Origin: Candidatus Eiseniibacteriota bacterium
GTDB lineage: Bacteria > Eisenbacteria > RBG-16-71-46
Assembly (NCBI GenBank): GCA_005893225.1
Contig: VBOT01000029.1
Span: forward strand, 1 to 59,954
Direction of reading: 5' to 3'
DNA length: 59,954 nt
This document shows, one piece after another, positions 44,037 through 54,095 of this stretch. Position numbers and translations under genes: made by a program. The stretch's first letter is position 1. The number at the start of each line of letters is the position of its first letter. Under the pieces are notes generated by a model. That model had not been told where the DNA came from and did not search any database. It was given only the letters and a program-made list of their open reading frames with translations.

Positions 44037-45050
44037 TCACGCCTCGACGGCGATCTCGCGCAGGTACTGGGCGGCGTCCTCGGGCGGGGTGGGGTTGATG
44101 TAGAAGCCCGAACCGATCTCGAAGCCGGCCACTCGGGTGAGCTTGGGCATGATCTCGAGGTGCCAGTGGTAGTACTCCAGCGCTCCGTCGCTCACGGGCG
44201 CGGTGTGGATGACGAAGTTGTAGGGCGGGCGGTCCAGCGCCCGGTTCAGGCGCTGGAGTGTGTCCTTGAGGATCCCGGCCAGATCGCGGAGCTCGTCCCC
44301 ATCGCCGAGGGTGTCGTACGAATCGTCGTGACGGCGCGGCAGGATCCAGGTCTCGAACGGGAAGCGCGGGGCGAACGGCTCGACGGTCAGGAACCGCTCG
44401 CTCATCGTGACCACCCGGCGGCCGTTGTTCTCCCCGGTCTCCTGCTGGACGATGTCGCAGAAGACGCAGCGCTCCTTGAGCTCGTAGTAGCGGCGGCTGC
44501 CCTCCAGCTCCTCCTGCAAGATCTTGGGAATGATCGGAGTCGCGATGAGCTGGGTGTGAGTGTGCTCCAGCGTGGCGCCCGCCTGGGCGCCGTGATTCTT
44601 GAAGATCAGCACGTACCGGAACCGCCGGTCGCGGTGGAGGTCCAGCACCCGCTCGCGGTAGGCCCCGAGGACCTGCTGGATGTGCTCGAGCGGGAGGTCG
44701 GCGAGGTCCTGGTCGTGGACCGGCGACTCGATCACGACCTCGTGCGCGCCGATGCCGTTCATCTTGTCGTAGAGCCCCTCGCCGCGCCGGTCCATGGTCC
44801 CCTCGATCTGGAGGGCGGGGAACTTGTTGGGCACCACGCGCACCTTCCAGCCCGGCGTGTTCGGGGCCTCGTGCCCCGGCCGGCAGGCGTACACCTCGGG
44901 TGGAGTCTTGTCCTCGTTGCCCGGGCAGAAGGGGCAGAACGTCATCGCCCGGCCCGGCGAGGCGGGCGCGAAGCTGGTGGGCCGCAGGCTGCGCTCGGTC
45001 GAAATGATGACCCAGCGGCCGACGACCGGGTCCTTTCGGAGCTCGGGCAT
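44037..45050 (-). CDS. galT: Galactose-1-phosphate uridylyltransferase family (HIT superfamily) protein
   Basis: The sequence has RKDPVVGRWVII, the zinc site CPFCPGNE, NKFPAL, and the active-site LEHTHTQL (HxHxQ). I prefer the start at MPELRKD (45050) over 45110. Physiological substrate is unknown; the glgA neighbourhood suggests a nucleotide-sugar phosphorylase role. Confidence 0.8.
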   Translation of the reverse strand: MPELRKDPVVGRWVIISTERSLRPTSFAPASPGRAMTFCPFCPGNEDKTPPEVYACRPGHEAPNTPGWKVRVVPNKFPALQIEGTMDRRGEGLYDKMNGIGAHEVVIESPVHDQDLADLPLEHIQQVLGAYRERVLDLHRDRRFRYVLIFKNHGAQAGATLEHTHTQLIATPIIPKILQEELEGSRRYYELKERCVFCDIVQQETGENNGRRVVTMSERFLTVEPFAPRFPFETWILPRRHDDSYDTLGDGDELRDLAGILKDTLQRLNRALDRPPYNFVIHTAPVSDGALEYYHWHLEIMPKLTRVAGFEIGSGFYINPTPPEDAAQYLREIAVEA

Positions 45051-45209
45051 GCGCCCCTCGCGCTTGACAAGGTCGGGGTGCCCGGCCGAGAGACCGCGCA
45101 CCCAGTGCACAAGAGGGGCAGTTTAGGGACCGGGCGGAGCGCCGGTCAAGGCGCGGACCCGGCAGGCACTGGACAATCCCGGCGGTCTTCCTCCGTCCCC
45201 GCGCCGCGC

Positions 45210-46541
45210 TCACCCGCTCGGGAGACGACGCCCGCTGATCCTCTCGGCACGGATCACGCACGCGGCGAAGAGCGGTGCCAGGAAGAGCGGCTTGGTGGCG
45301 TGGTGAAGCACCGAGACCAGCAAGGACCAGTGATGCTCGGGGTCGTTGCCGCCCGGCGGCAGCGCCACGTCGTAGAGCGCGAACGCCGTGGGCAGGGCGA
45401 GCCCGATGCTGCAGCCGAGGAGCAGGCGCGGGGGCACGAAATCGGAGGCCCACAGGAACGCGAGGCCGAGCACCAGGATCGAATAGCTGTGCTCCCAGAC
45501 CTCGCCGAAGGCGAGCAGGTAGATGCACGAACCGAGGAAGACTCCCACCCCGAGCCGCTCCCGGGCGCGCCAGGAGGCCCGGAGGGCGAGCACCGCCACC
45601 GCCGCCTGCGAGGCCACGAGCAGCGCGCGCGCCGCGGCCGGGAGCTGACTCAAGGAAGAAAGCTCGGCGGTCGAGATGCCGCTCGCCCGGGTGAGGATCG
45701 CGGCGAGGAGCCCCTGGAGGCCCTGGTTGCCGGCGTGCACCACCCAGCCTTGGGCCCGCCCCTCGAGGTTGGCGGTCAGAAAGAGGCCGAGGTCCAAGGG
45801 GTGCCGGAAGAAATAGGGCACCGCGAGGGCCGCGGCGGCGGCCCCGATCCCGAGCGCCGCGGCGGCGCGCCCGCGCATGAGGAGGAGCGGCAGGAAGACG
45901 ACGCCCACCGGCTTGACCACGATCGACGCCACGAACAGCAGCACGAGCGCCCAATCGCGCCGGCTGTCCGCCGTCCGCGAGGCCTGCAACACCGGGCCCC
46001 TCTGCCGGTCGAGGCAGAAGGCGAACAGCAGGAGGCTCGCCGCCACGAACGAGGCGTTCCCCATGTAGACCTCGAGGTAGTAGGGCGAGAAGAGGAGCAT
46101 CAGCGCCGCGAAGGCGCGGCGGCGGAGACCGTCGGGGATCAGGATCCGGAGCGCCCACAGGTCGCCTAGGAGCAAGAGTTCGTGCAGCACCACCCAGAGC
46201 GCGAACGCGGCCCGGATCGGAAGGTGGCAGAGCCCCGCCCCCGCCGTCATGGCGAACAGGGGGTGATAGCGGTATCCGAACCCGTAGCCGCCCCGGTAGA
46301 TGCTCCGGCCCTCGAGCCAATTGTGCCCGGCCACGTAGTAGGTGGCGAAGTCCGAGGCCGGGCCCACGCGGTGCATCGCGTCGTTGAAGAGAAAGTCGAG
46401 CCGGCGGGAGAGCATGAGTCCGAGCAGCGCGGCGTGGGTCAGGAGCAGCAGGACCCAGACGCGCGATGGCCCCGCGCGGCGGCGGGGCACCGCGTGGGGA
46501 CCGGGTTCGGGCTCCGGGGCGAATTCTCGGGCGAGCGACAT
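45210..46541 (-). CDS. Polytopic membrane glycosyltransferase-like protein (DUF2029 / GT87-like)
   Basis: There are about 11 TM segments. The N-terminal DFATYYVAG...W..G...Y region is typical of DUF2029 proteins. Confidence 0.7.
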   Translation of the reverse strand: MSLAREFAPEPEPGPHAVPRRRAGPSRVWVLLLLTHAALLGLMLSRRLDFLFNDAMHRVGPASDFATYYVAGHNWLEGRSIYRGGYGFGYRYHPLFAMTAGAGLCHLPIRAAFALWVVLHELLLLGDLWALRILIPDGLRRRAFAALMLLFSPYYLEVYMGNASFVAASLLLFAFCLDRQRGPVLQASRTADSRRDWALVLLFVASIVVKPVGVVFLPLLLMRGRAAAALGIGAAAAALAVPYFFRHPLDLGLFLTANLEGRAQGWVVHAGNQGLQGLLAAILTRASGISTAELSSLSQLPAAARALLVASQAAVAVLALRASWRARERLGVGVFLGSCIYLLAFGEVWEHSYSILVLGLAFLWASDFVPPRLLLGCSIGLALPTAFALYDVALPPGGNDPEHHWSLLVSVLHHATKPLFLAPLFAACVIRAERISGRRLPSG

Positions 46542-46596
46542 GGCGGCGCCGCAGGTATCGGCACGCGCCTCGGGATGCGTTACGGCGTGGAGAACC

Positions 46597-47853
46597 TCAT
46601 CTCACCGCTCGCCCCGCCGCGGCTCCGAATGTCGCCGCGCGCTCCTCCGCGGTGACCTCGAACCAGCGTCTCAGGGTCTCCTCCTCGGCGGCCGAGAGCG
46701 ACCGCTCCCTCCTCCCCATCGCCGCCCGGGCGGTCTCGAGGAACGCCTCGAGCCGGTGCTCCTCGAAGCGCTCGCCGTCCCACCACGAGAAGGGCGGGAC
46801 GACCTTGGGCACGAAGCGACCGCCCCCGAACAGGTTCGACCCCACGCCGATCCACGCGCCGGTCGGGAGCAGCGTGCCGATCCCCGTCTTCACATGGGCG
46901 CCCACCAGGGACCCGATCTTGCGCGTTCCGCTGTCGACCGTTCGCCCCTCGACGTGCATCCGCACCACGCCGTAGTTGTTCTTGAGGTCGCTGGTGGTGG
47001 TGAGCGCGCCGAGATTCACCCACTCGCCGATCGCGCTGTGGCCCACGAAACCGTGGTGGCGCTTGTTGGCGTAGCCCTGCCACACGCACTCCTCCACCTC
47101 GCCCGCCACCCGGCACTGGGGCCCAAAGGTGGAGCGGCCGATGACGCCGCCGAGGAGCTGGGTCCCCGCTCCCACGGCGCAGGGGCCCACCACCACGGTC
47201 TGAGCCAGCACCTCGGCGCGGGGGCCGATCCACACCGGACCCGCGCGCCCGTCGAGCACCGCGAGCGGATCCACCCGCGCCCCCGGCTCGACGGTCACCC
47301 GCCTGGGCTCGACCACCGCCGCGCGCGGATGGACGTGACCGAAGATCGCGCCCGGCTCGTCCGCCAGGTCCGCGGCGATCGCTTCCGCGTTCCAGCCAAT
47401 CAGCTCCCACGGATAGGTGATCATCCGCGCCTCGATCGGCTGCGACTCGAGTCCGGCTCCGAGGAGGAAGGTCTCGAGATTGCCGCCGCGCGCGAGCACC
47501 GGCTGGAGCTTCGAGTGCTCCACGAGCGCGGCCGCCACGCGACCGCCGGCGCTGAACAGGACCCCTGGCCCGTCCTCGAGCGCCCGCTCGACCCAGGGGC
47601 CGGGCAGCGCCGCCGCGTTGGCGACCACGACCGTGTCCCCGCGTTCGGGTGAGCCCACCTCGTGGGGGCCCAACGGCCGCGCGGAGAGGCCGGGACGGGT
47701 CAGGACCGCGAGCACCGGCAGCCGCGTGGCGCGAGCCCAGCGAGCCGCCAGGTTGGAAGAACCGAAGACCAGCGAGGGGACCGGCACGAGGTCGGTGAGC
47801 GGCCGCAAGGATCGCCAGTGGGAATCCTCGAAGATCAGGAGCCACCGTCTCAC
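46597..47853 (-). CDS. Putative sugar nucleotidyltransferase with left-handed beta-helix (GlmU-like, non-canonical)
   Basis: Hexapeptide-repeat regions are present (IGPRAEVLAQTVVVGPCAVGAGTQLLGGVIGRS...). The C-terminal part has the conserved FVPKVVPPFSWW. The GTG start overlaps the TGA of the SPOR gene. Confidence 0.7.
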   Translation of the reverse strand: MRRWLLIFEDSHWRSLRPLTDLVPVPSLVFGSSNLAARWARATRLPVLAVLTRPGLSARPLGPHEVGSPERGDTVVVANAAALPGPWVERALEDGPGVLFSAGGRVAAALVEHSKLQPVLARGGNLETFLLGAGLESQPIEARMITYPWELIGWNAEAIAADLADEPGAIFGHVHPRAAVVEPRRVTVEPGARVDPLAVLDGRAGPVWIGPRAEVLAQTVVVGPCAVGAGTQLLGGVIGRSTFGPQCRVAGEVEECVWQGYANKRHHGFVGHSAIGEWVNLGALTTTSDLKNNYGVVRMHVEGRTVDSGTRKIGSLVGAHVKTGIGTLLPTGAWIGVGSNLFGGGRFVPKVVPPFSWWDGERFEEHRLEAFLETARAAMGRRERSLSAAEEETLRRWFEVTAEERAATFGAAAGRAVR

Positions 47854-48737
47854 GGTTTCCGCCCCGCGAACCGGAACGCCCGGGTGAACCCCGCTGCGAC
47901 CGCGCGCTCCTTGAGGCGCTGGGCCGCCACGCGATCGAGGCACGAGGAGGACCTCACCTTGAAGAGCCCCTTCTCACGCTCGATCGCCATCGGCGCGAGA
48001 AGCTGGGACTCGGCCGCCTCGCGCAGGCGCTCGGCCTTCTCGCGCTGGTTGGGGGCGCCGACCTGGACGCGCCAGCAGGTGTCGCTCGCGGCACTCCCTC
48101 GGGGTGATCCGGGCGCCGGGCGCGCGGGCGGGCTCGAGCCGGCGGGCGGCGTTGCAGTGGGAGGCGGGCGTGAGCCCTCGGAGACGCCGCTCGGGGGAGA
48201 CGGCTGGGAGGCCGCGGTGTCGGCGGGCGGCGTTGCAGTGGGAGGCGGCCGCTGCCCGAGCGGCAGCGTGGGCGAGGGAACGGGAACCTCGGGTCCCGAG
48301 GTGTCGGCCGGGGCCTCAAGCGCCACCCCCGTGCTGTCGGCGACGCTCGGGCTCGCCGGCGAGCCCGTGGTGTCCGCGGGTGCCAGAGCAGGCGACACGC
48401 CGGAATCGGGCCGCGCCTCAGCCCGCCCTTGCGGAGGGGTGCCACCACTGCTCGCCAGGGCCCGCGGTTCGGGCGGCGGCACGCGCTGGGCCGCCGGGAT
48501 GGGCTCGGGAATCGTCCCCAGCACCTCGAGCGCTTCCCTGGAGGGCGTGCTGTCCACGACCGCGGCTGGAGGAGCGCCCGGCCGGGCCGCGGCTCCCGCG
48601 GATGAGCCGGGATGGGTGCCCGAGGCTGGGCCGGCGGGAACGGCACCCGCCGATCGGGGCGGCTGCAGAGGCGCGGCGCAGCCGAGGAGCGGCGTCACGG
48701 CCGCCATGATCCAGAAGAGGAGTCGAGCCCGGCTCAC
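47850..48737 (-). CDS. SPOR-domain lipoprotein with Pro/Ala/Ser-rich linker
   Basis: The lipobox is LLFWIMAAVTPLLGC. The linker is low-complexity and includes a duplicated 27-codon unit. The C-terminal SPOR domain is WRVQVGAPNQREKAERL...GLFKVR...FRF. Confidence 0.75.
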   Translation of the reverse strand: MSRARLLFWIMAAVTPLLGCAAPLQPPRSAGAVPAGPASGTHPGSSAGAAARPGAPPAAVVDSTPSREALEVLGTIPEPIPAAQRVPPPEPRALASSGGTPPQGRAEARPDSGVSPALAPADTTGSPASPSVADSTGVALEAPADTSGPEVPVPSPTLPLGQRPPPTATPPADTAASQPSPPSGVSEGSRPPPTATPPAGSSPPARPAPGSPRGSAASDTCWRVQVGAPNQREKAERLREAAESQLLAPMAIEREKGLFKVRSSSCLDRVAAQRLKERAVAAGFTRAFRFAGRKP

Positions 48738-49792
48738 GGCGTCCCCCTGGCCCGGACGGCCTCGCTCACACGGCGCACCTGGTCGCTGTCCGAGATCCGG
48801 CAGGTCAGGGTCGCTCCATCGGCATGCACCACCACCATGTCCCTGAGCCCCATCGCGGCGGCGGTCCCCCCGTCGCCGACCACCACGCAGCGCTCGCAAT
48901 CCAGGGCGAAGGCGTCGCCGAACAGCACGTTGCCCCGCTCGTCGTGCGGCTGCCGGCGCGCCCATGCGCTCCAGGACCCCAGATCGTCCCAGTCGAACGA
49001 CGCCTCCAGCACCAGGACGTTGGGGGCATGCTCGAGCACCGCGTAGTCCACCGAGATCGACTCCAGCGAGGGAAAGACCTGCTCGAGCTGCCGCTCGAAC
49101 CCCTCGTCGCTTCCGGTCCAGGACAGGTTCCCAAGGGGACCCGCCAGAGCCGGGCGGCTGGCCTCCAGGGCCGCCATGAACGTCGCGCAGCCCCACACGA
49201 AGATGCCGGCGTTCCACAGGTACTCACCGCTCGTGAGCCACTGCTCGGCCAGCTCCCGGTCGGGCTTCTCGGTGAAACGGGCGACCCGGGACAAACGCTC
49301 GGCCAGCGGCGCGCCGCGCCGGATGTAGCCGAATCCGGTCTCGGGAGCGCGCGGCCGGATGCCGAAGGTGATGAGCACTGCCTCCCTCTCGGCGACGTCG
49401 TAGGCTCGGCCGAGGTCGGCCCCGAAGGCGGCCGTGTCGTCGATCGCGTGGTCGGCGGGAAGGACGGCGAACGACGCTCCGCGCGCCTCGCCCTCGAACA
49501 GCACCGCCGCCGCGCCGATCGCGGCGGCGGTGTTCCGGGCCACCGGCTCGCCCAGGACGCGCACTCCCGAGCCGCCGCATTCCCGGCCCACCGCGGCCGT
49601 GAGCCGGCGCGCGGTCATCACCACCACCCGCTCCGGCGGTGCGAGGACGAGCGCGCGCTCCAGGGTCGAGGCCAGCAGCGAGCGACCCCCGCGGGCCAGC
49701 GGCAGGAGTTGCTTGGGACGATCGGGGCGGCTCCACGGCCAGAAGCGCTCGCCGAGCCCTCCAGCCAGCACCAGGACGAAGCGCTCAGCCAT
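48734..49792 (-). CDS. Mannose-1-phosphate guanylyltransferase-like nucleotidyltransferase
   Basis: The sequence has VLAGGLGERFWPWSR...PKQLL, AD.AI and GYI motifs. There is no C-terminal isomerase/cupin domain. Confidence 0.85.
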   Translation of the reverse strand: MAERFVLVLAGGLGERFWPWSRPDRPKQLLPLARGGRSLLASTLERALVLAPPERVVVMTARRLTAAVGRECGGSGVRVLGEPVARNTAAAIGAAAVLFEGEARGASFAVLPADHAIDDTAAFGADLGRAYDVAEREAVLITFGIRPRAPETGFGYIRRGAPLAERLSRVARFTEKPDRELAEQWLTSGEYLWNAGIFVWGCATFMAALEASRPALAGPLGNLSWTGSDEGFERQLEQVFPSLESISVDYAVLEHAPNVLVLEASFDWDDLGSWSAWARRQPHDERGNVLFGDAFALDCERCVVVGDGGTAAAMGLRDMVVVHADGATLTCRISDSDQVRRVSEAVRARGTP

Positions 49793-49900
49793 GCGTGCTC
49801 CAGCGGTGAGGGACGAAACGGCGAAGCACTAGCACAGGGCGGAAGCGAGCATCAAGCGCGGGGCGCTCCGGGGCGGCGGCCGGGGCGTGCCGCCGCTTCT

Positions 49901-51100
49901 TCAACCGCGCCCCGCCACGAGCGGCGTGAAGGTGGCGAGGCCCAGGACGTCGTCGTAGACCGACTCGTAGGCCGCGACCACACGGGCCCAGGTGAATTCC
50001 TCGCGCACCAGAAGCTCGCCGTTCTCGCCCAGCCGGCGGGCGGCATCGGGCGCGCGGTGGAACGATTCGAGCGCCGCGGCCAGGGCTCCCGGATCGCCGG
50101 GCGGGACCAGTCGTCCGTGGATCCCGTCCTCGACGACCTGGCAGATTCCCCGCGTCCTGCTCGCGACGACCGGCCGGGCGCGCCCCAGCGCCTCGAGGAG
50201 ACTCGCGGGTACCCGCTCGTCAAGCAGCGGCAGAGCCACGGCATCGGCCGCGAGCAGCAGCGGCCCGAGATCGTCCACCTCGCCGAGGAACCGCACCGCG
50301 TCCGAGAGCCCGGCCTCGAGCGCTAGCCGCTCCAGCTCCTCGCGCTGCGAGCCCTCGCCCACGAACGCCGCCTGGAAGGGGAGGCCGCGTCGCCCGAGCT
50401 CGGCAAGCGACTCGAGGAGGATCGCCTGGCCCCTCGCCGGCTCGAGGCGCGCGGGGCAGAGCCACAGCGGTCGCGCCGGGCCGGCGCCGAGCCGCTCGCG
50501 CTCGGCGCGCGCCGCCGGCCACTCGTCCTCGGGGTCGGGGATGTCCACGCCGTGCGGCACGAGGTGAGTCCTGCATCGCAGGGCGCCGCACATCAAACGC
50601 TCGGCCGCTCCGGCGTGAGGCACGGTGATCGCGTCGGCGCGCTCCAGCGGGCGGGCTCCGATCGGGGCGGGAGCCGACTCCAGCGCGGCATGCTCGGTGA
50701 TCACCACGTGGGCCGCGCCCGCCGCCTCCCCGAGCAGGGTTCCGAAGTGCTCGGCGGCAGGGGAGCCGCAATGGAAATGAAGAAGCGTCGGGCGCGTCCG
50801 GTGAAACCTGCGCCAGAGCTCGAGCCGCCTGCGCCAGTCCCACGGCGAATCCACCTCAGGCATGCGCTCGATCTCGAGGCCGCGAGCCGCAAGGGCTGCC
50901 GCCAGCTCATCCAGGGCCGGGGCGGTGGAGAGCCAGACCTGCACCGTGAACCGGCCGCCGTCGAGCCGAGTCGCGATCTCCCAGATCGCGCGCTCGGCCA
51001 TCCCGGCCGCTTCGGAGCAAGCCGCCAGCACCAAACCCGGCCGTTGACCCGCTCCGTTCGTGCCTGCCGCCGCTCTCCGGGGCACGCCTCCGCGTCGCAT
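49901..51100 (-). CDS. Glycosyltransferase family 4
   Basis: The sequence is GT-B fold-like, with a C-terminal DERVPASLLEALGRARPVVASR region. The N-terminal start is uncertain. Confidence 0.78.
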   Translation of the reverse strand: MRRGGVPRRAAAGTNGAGQRPGLVLAACSEAAGMAERAIWEIATRLDGGRFTVQVWLSTAPALDELAAALAARGLEIERMPEVDSPWDWRRRLELWRRFHRTRPTLLHFHCGSPAAEHFGTLLGEAAGAAHVVITEHAALESAPAPIGARPLERADAITVPHAGAAERLMCGALRCRTHLVPHGVDIPDPEDEWPAARAERERLGAGPARPLWLCPARLEPARGQAILLESLAELGRRGLPFQAAFVGEGSQREELERLALEAGLSDAVRFLGEVDDLGPLLLAADAVALPLLDERVPASLLEALGRARPVVASRTRGICQVVEDGIHGRLVPPGDPGALAAALESFHRAPDAARRLGENGELLVREEFTWARVVAAYESVYDDVLGLATFTPLVAGRG

Positions 51101-51307
51101 TCCCTTGCGTTCCCTCTCCGACCTTGTCCGCGCGGGCCGACCTCCGATGTCGGTGCCCAGTCGAAGCTATCACAGGCCTGCGCCGATACGGCCCATTTTC
51201 GAGCCGGCGAGCGTCGAGAGGATCGAGGTGTCGCGACGCTGCGGCTGATCCGGGCGCGCGACTCGAGCGGAGGAGCGAGGCGCGGCATCTGGCGGTGGAG
51301 CGGCGCG

Positions 51308-52780
51308 TCAGGCAGCGGTGCGCGCCGCGAGCCATTCGTGGAGAAGCCTGCCGATGCCGGTGCCGCGACCGAACCACAGGAGCACCGGAGAGTAGGCGAT
51401 CGTCACCGCGGCGGAGCGCAGGAGCGAGGCGGGAACGCTCTCGCTCGTTCCGACCGCGCAGGCGGCGAGCGCGGCCGCTCCTCCCCAGAGCGCCGGGGCG
51501 AAGCTCGAGAGCACGAGTGCCGCGCGCTCGCTCGGGGTCGCGAGCCACTCGCGGCCGGCGAGCAGCACCAGCCCCACGCCCAGCAGCGAGTAGCCGAGAC
51601 CCTGAGCCGCCGCCACGGGAAGGGGATTCGGATCGCGCGCGGCGACCGCGAACACCAGCGCCAGATCGAGGACCGCGCCGGCCGCTCCGATCCCGAACAG
51701 CATTTTCCCCCTTCCCGCGGCGAGCAGGTAGTAGCCGGGCAGCACGGCTCCCGAGTACATGAGAGCCCCGATCGAGAGCACCCGCAGCGCCGCAACTCCG
51801 TCGCGGTAGCTCGGGAGAAGCCATCCCACCACCGGGCCCGCCCATACCAGCGCCAGGGCCACGACGAGCGGCAGCGCGACCATGAGCGCTCGGTGCGCCC
51901 TCAAGGCTTCGGAGCGCACGGGACGCTCATCGCTCGCCTCGCGCGCCGCGGCGAAGCGCGGATAGAGAACGTAGGCCGCGGCCTCGGGGACGTACAGCAC
52001 CAGTCCGGCCGCCATCAGGGCGAGGCTGTAGAGCCCGAGCGCCTCCGGGGTGCCGTGGCGGACCAGCGCCAGCCGATCCGCCGACCTCAGCACCAGCATG
52101 GCGGCGATGTACCCGAAGACCGGGAACCCGACGCGGGCCAGGGACAAGGCGGTGGAGAACGAGCCGGGGCGGAGCGGCACCTCGGGGCCCGCGTTCCGCA
52201 TCACCGCGAGCGCCGCGATCCCGCCCGCGAGCCACGCCGCGAGCAGCCCGCCGACCCCCCAGCGCCACACCAGGGCCGCGCCGAGGGCGCCCCCGAGGCC
52301 GGCCTGGACGACGTAGGCCAGGCTCACCGCCTGGATCCGCCCCAGTGCCCTCAGAGCGGAGGCGAAGTACTGGAAAGGGAGTTGGAGCAGAGCCGCCGCC
52401 AGCATCAGCAGCGGCAGCCCCCACCCCGGCGTGGCCGCGAAGGCCCGCCCGCCGCTCTCGACGTAGAGCAGGACCAGAGCGGCGAACGCCGCGCCTCCGG
52501 TGACCACGGCCGACACGGCCCCGCCCATGAGCCGTCGCTGCCGCGCCCCGTCGCCCTGCGCGACCGCCGGCGGAAGCTCGAGGTCGAGGCCGTGGAGCGC
52601 GCCGCCGGCGGAGTAGACGCCGTAATCGAAGATCAAGTTGAGCGCGTTCCAGCCGCCGTAGCCGTGGGGCCCGAGCGCCGCCGCCGCGGCCAGGCCGCGC
52701 ACCACCAGCGCCGCGCGCGACAGGTACTGGCTCGAGGCCATGGCCAGCGCGTCGCGGACCAGCTTGCGGGGGTGCCTCAC
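51308..52780 (-). CDS. Polysaccharide flippase (Wzx / MOP superfamily)
   Basis: The 490 aa contain about 12-14 TM segments and the typical N-terminal SSQYLSRAALVVRGL. An alternative start lies at 52741. Confidence 0.8.
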   Translation of the reverse strand: MRHPRKLVRDALAMASSQYLSRAALVVRGLAAAAALGPHGYGGWNALNLIFDYGVYSAGGALHGLDLELPPAVAQGDGARQRRLMGGAVSAVVTGGAAFAALVLLYVESGGRAFAATPGWGLPLLMLAAALLQLPFQYFASALRALGRIQAVSLAYVVQAGLGGALGAALVWRWGVGGLLAAWLAGGIAALAVMRNAGPEVPLRPGSFSTALSLARVGFPVFGYIAAMLVLRSADRLALVRHGTPEALGLYSLALMAAGLVLYVPEAAAYVLYPRFAAAREASDERPVRSEALRAHRALMVALPLVVALALVWAGPVVGWLLPSYRDGVAALRVLSIGALMYSGAVLPGYYLLAAGRGKMLFGIGAAGAVLDLALVFAVAARDPNPLPVAAAQGLGYSLLGVGLVLLAGREWLATPSERAALVLSSFAPALWGGAAALAACAVGTSESVPASLLRSAAVTIAYSPVLLWFGRGTGIGRLLHEWLAARTAA

Positions 52781-52875
52781 CTGGGGTTCGCCGCCGGGCG
52801 GTGGAAAGGCTCGGCGCCGCGGGCTAGAATGCGCGCTTCCATGCGTGCCTCCTCGGCTCGATCCGTCCCCCGGCC

Positions 52876-54087
52876 ATGAGCGTGCGTGGCGCGCTCGACC
52901 CGCTGGCCTCGCGCGGCGGGTCGCCGGTCCGCGAGTCCTTTCTGCCGCTCGCGGTGCCGTCGATCGGCGAGCGAGAGAAGCAGCTCGTCCTCGAAACCCT
53001 CGATTCGGGCTGGATCACGACCGGGCCCAAGACCCACGAGCTCGGGGCCAGGATCGCCTCGCTCACGGGAGCACGGCACGGCGTCGCCGTCAACTCCGCG
53101 ACGGCGGCGCTCCACCTCGGCCTCGTGGCGCTGGGTGTCCGGCCCGGCGACGAGATCGTGACCTCGACCTACACGTTCGCTGCGTGCGTCAACGTCATGG
53201 AGCATCTGGGCGCCCGGCCGGTGCTGGTGGACGTCGAGCCCGACACGCTGTGCATGGATCCGGCGCGGCTCGAGGCGTCGATCACGCCGCGCACGCGCGC
53301 CGTGATGCCGGTGGATTACGGCGGCCACCCCTGCGACCTCGACGCCATCGCCGCGATCGGGAGCCGTCACGGCCTCCCGATCGTCGAGGACGCCGCCCAC
53401 GCGCTCGGCGCGCGCTGGAAGGGCCACCCGGTCGGCTCGTTCTCCACCGTGACGGCCTTCTCCTTCTACGCCACCAAGAACCTCACCACCGGCGAGGGAG
53501 GCGCCGCCGTCACCGACGACGGGGAGCTGGCCGAGCGCATCTCGCTGCTCTCGCTGCACGGCATGAACCGGGACGCCTGGAAGCGCTACACCGACACCGG
53601 CTCCTGGTACTACGAGATCACCGCGCCTGGATTCAAGTACAACCTGAGCGACGTGCTGGCGGCGATCGGGCTCGGGCAACTCGAGCGCTTCGAGGAGATG
53701 CAGCGCCGGCGCGCCGAGCACGCGGCCCGGTACCAGGCCCTTCTCGAGGACGTGCCCGAGGTGCGGCGCCCGCGCACCCGCGCCGACGCGCTCCACGCCT
53801 GGCACCTCTATCCGATCGCGCTCGAGCTGGAGCGGCTGACCTGCGACCGGGCCCGGTTCATCCAGGAGCTGCGGGCGGAGAACATCGGCTCCTCGGTCCA
53901 CTTCATTCCCATCCACCTCCACCCGCATTTCCGCGCCACGCTCCCCTATCGCGAGGGCGACTTCCCGGTCGCCGAGGACGCCTACCGCCGCGCCGTCTCG
54001 CTGCCGCTCTTCCCAGGCATGAGCCCGCGGGACGTGGAGGACGTGTGCGCCGCGGTGCGCAAGGTGGCGGGGCACTACCGGCGATAG
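52876..54087 (+). CDS. DegT/DnrJ/EryC1/StrS-family sugar aminotransferase
   Basis: The sequence has LAVPSIGEREKQLV, NSATAALHL and DAAHALGA motifs. FSFYATKNLTTGEGG carries the PLP lysine. Confidence 0.9.
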   Translation: MSVRGALDPLASRGGSPVRESFLPLAVPSIGEREKQLVLETLDSGWITTGPKTHELGARIASLTGARHGVAVNSATAALHLGLVALGVRPGDEIVTSTYTFAACVNVMEHLGARPVLVDVEPDTLCMDPARLEASITPRTRAVMPVDYGGHPCDLDAIAAIGSRHGLPIVEDAAHALGARWKGHPVGSFSTVTAFSFYATKNLTTGEGGAAVTDDGELAERISLLSLHGMNRDAWKRYTDTGSWYYEITAPGFKYNLSDVLAAIGLGQLERFEEMQRRRAEHAARYQALLEDVPEVRRPRTRADALHAWHLYPIALELERLTCDRARFIQELRAENIGSSVHFIPIHLHPHFRATLPYREGDFPVAEDAYRRAVSLPLFPGMSPRDVEDVCAAVRKVAGHYRR

Positions 54088-54095
54088 CCAGGGTC

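Noticed and set aside
48141-48248. A direct repeat of a 27-nt motif with an 81-nt period, considered as a VNTR or CRISPR-like array.
   Set aside because: There are only two copies. They are in-frame inside the Pro-rich linker of the SPOR lipoprotein (RPPPTATPPA...), so this is a coding low-complexity duplication.
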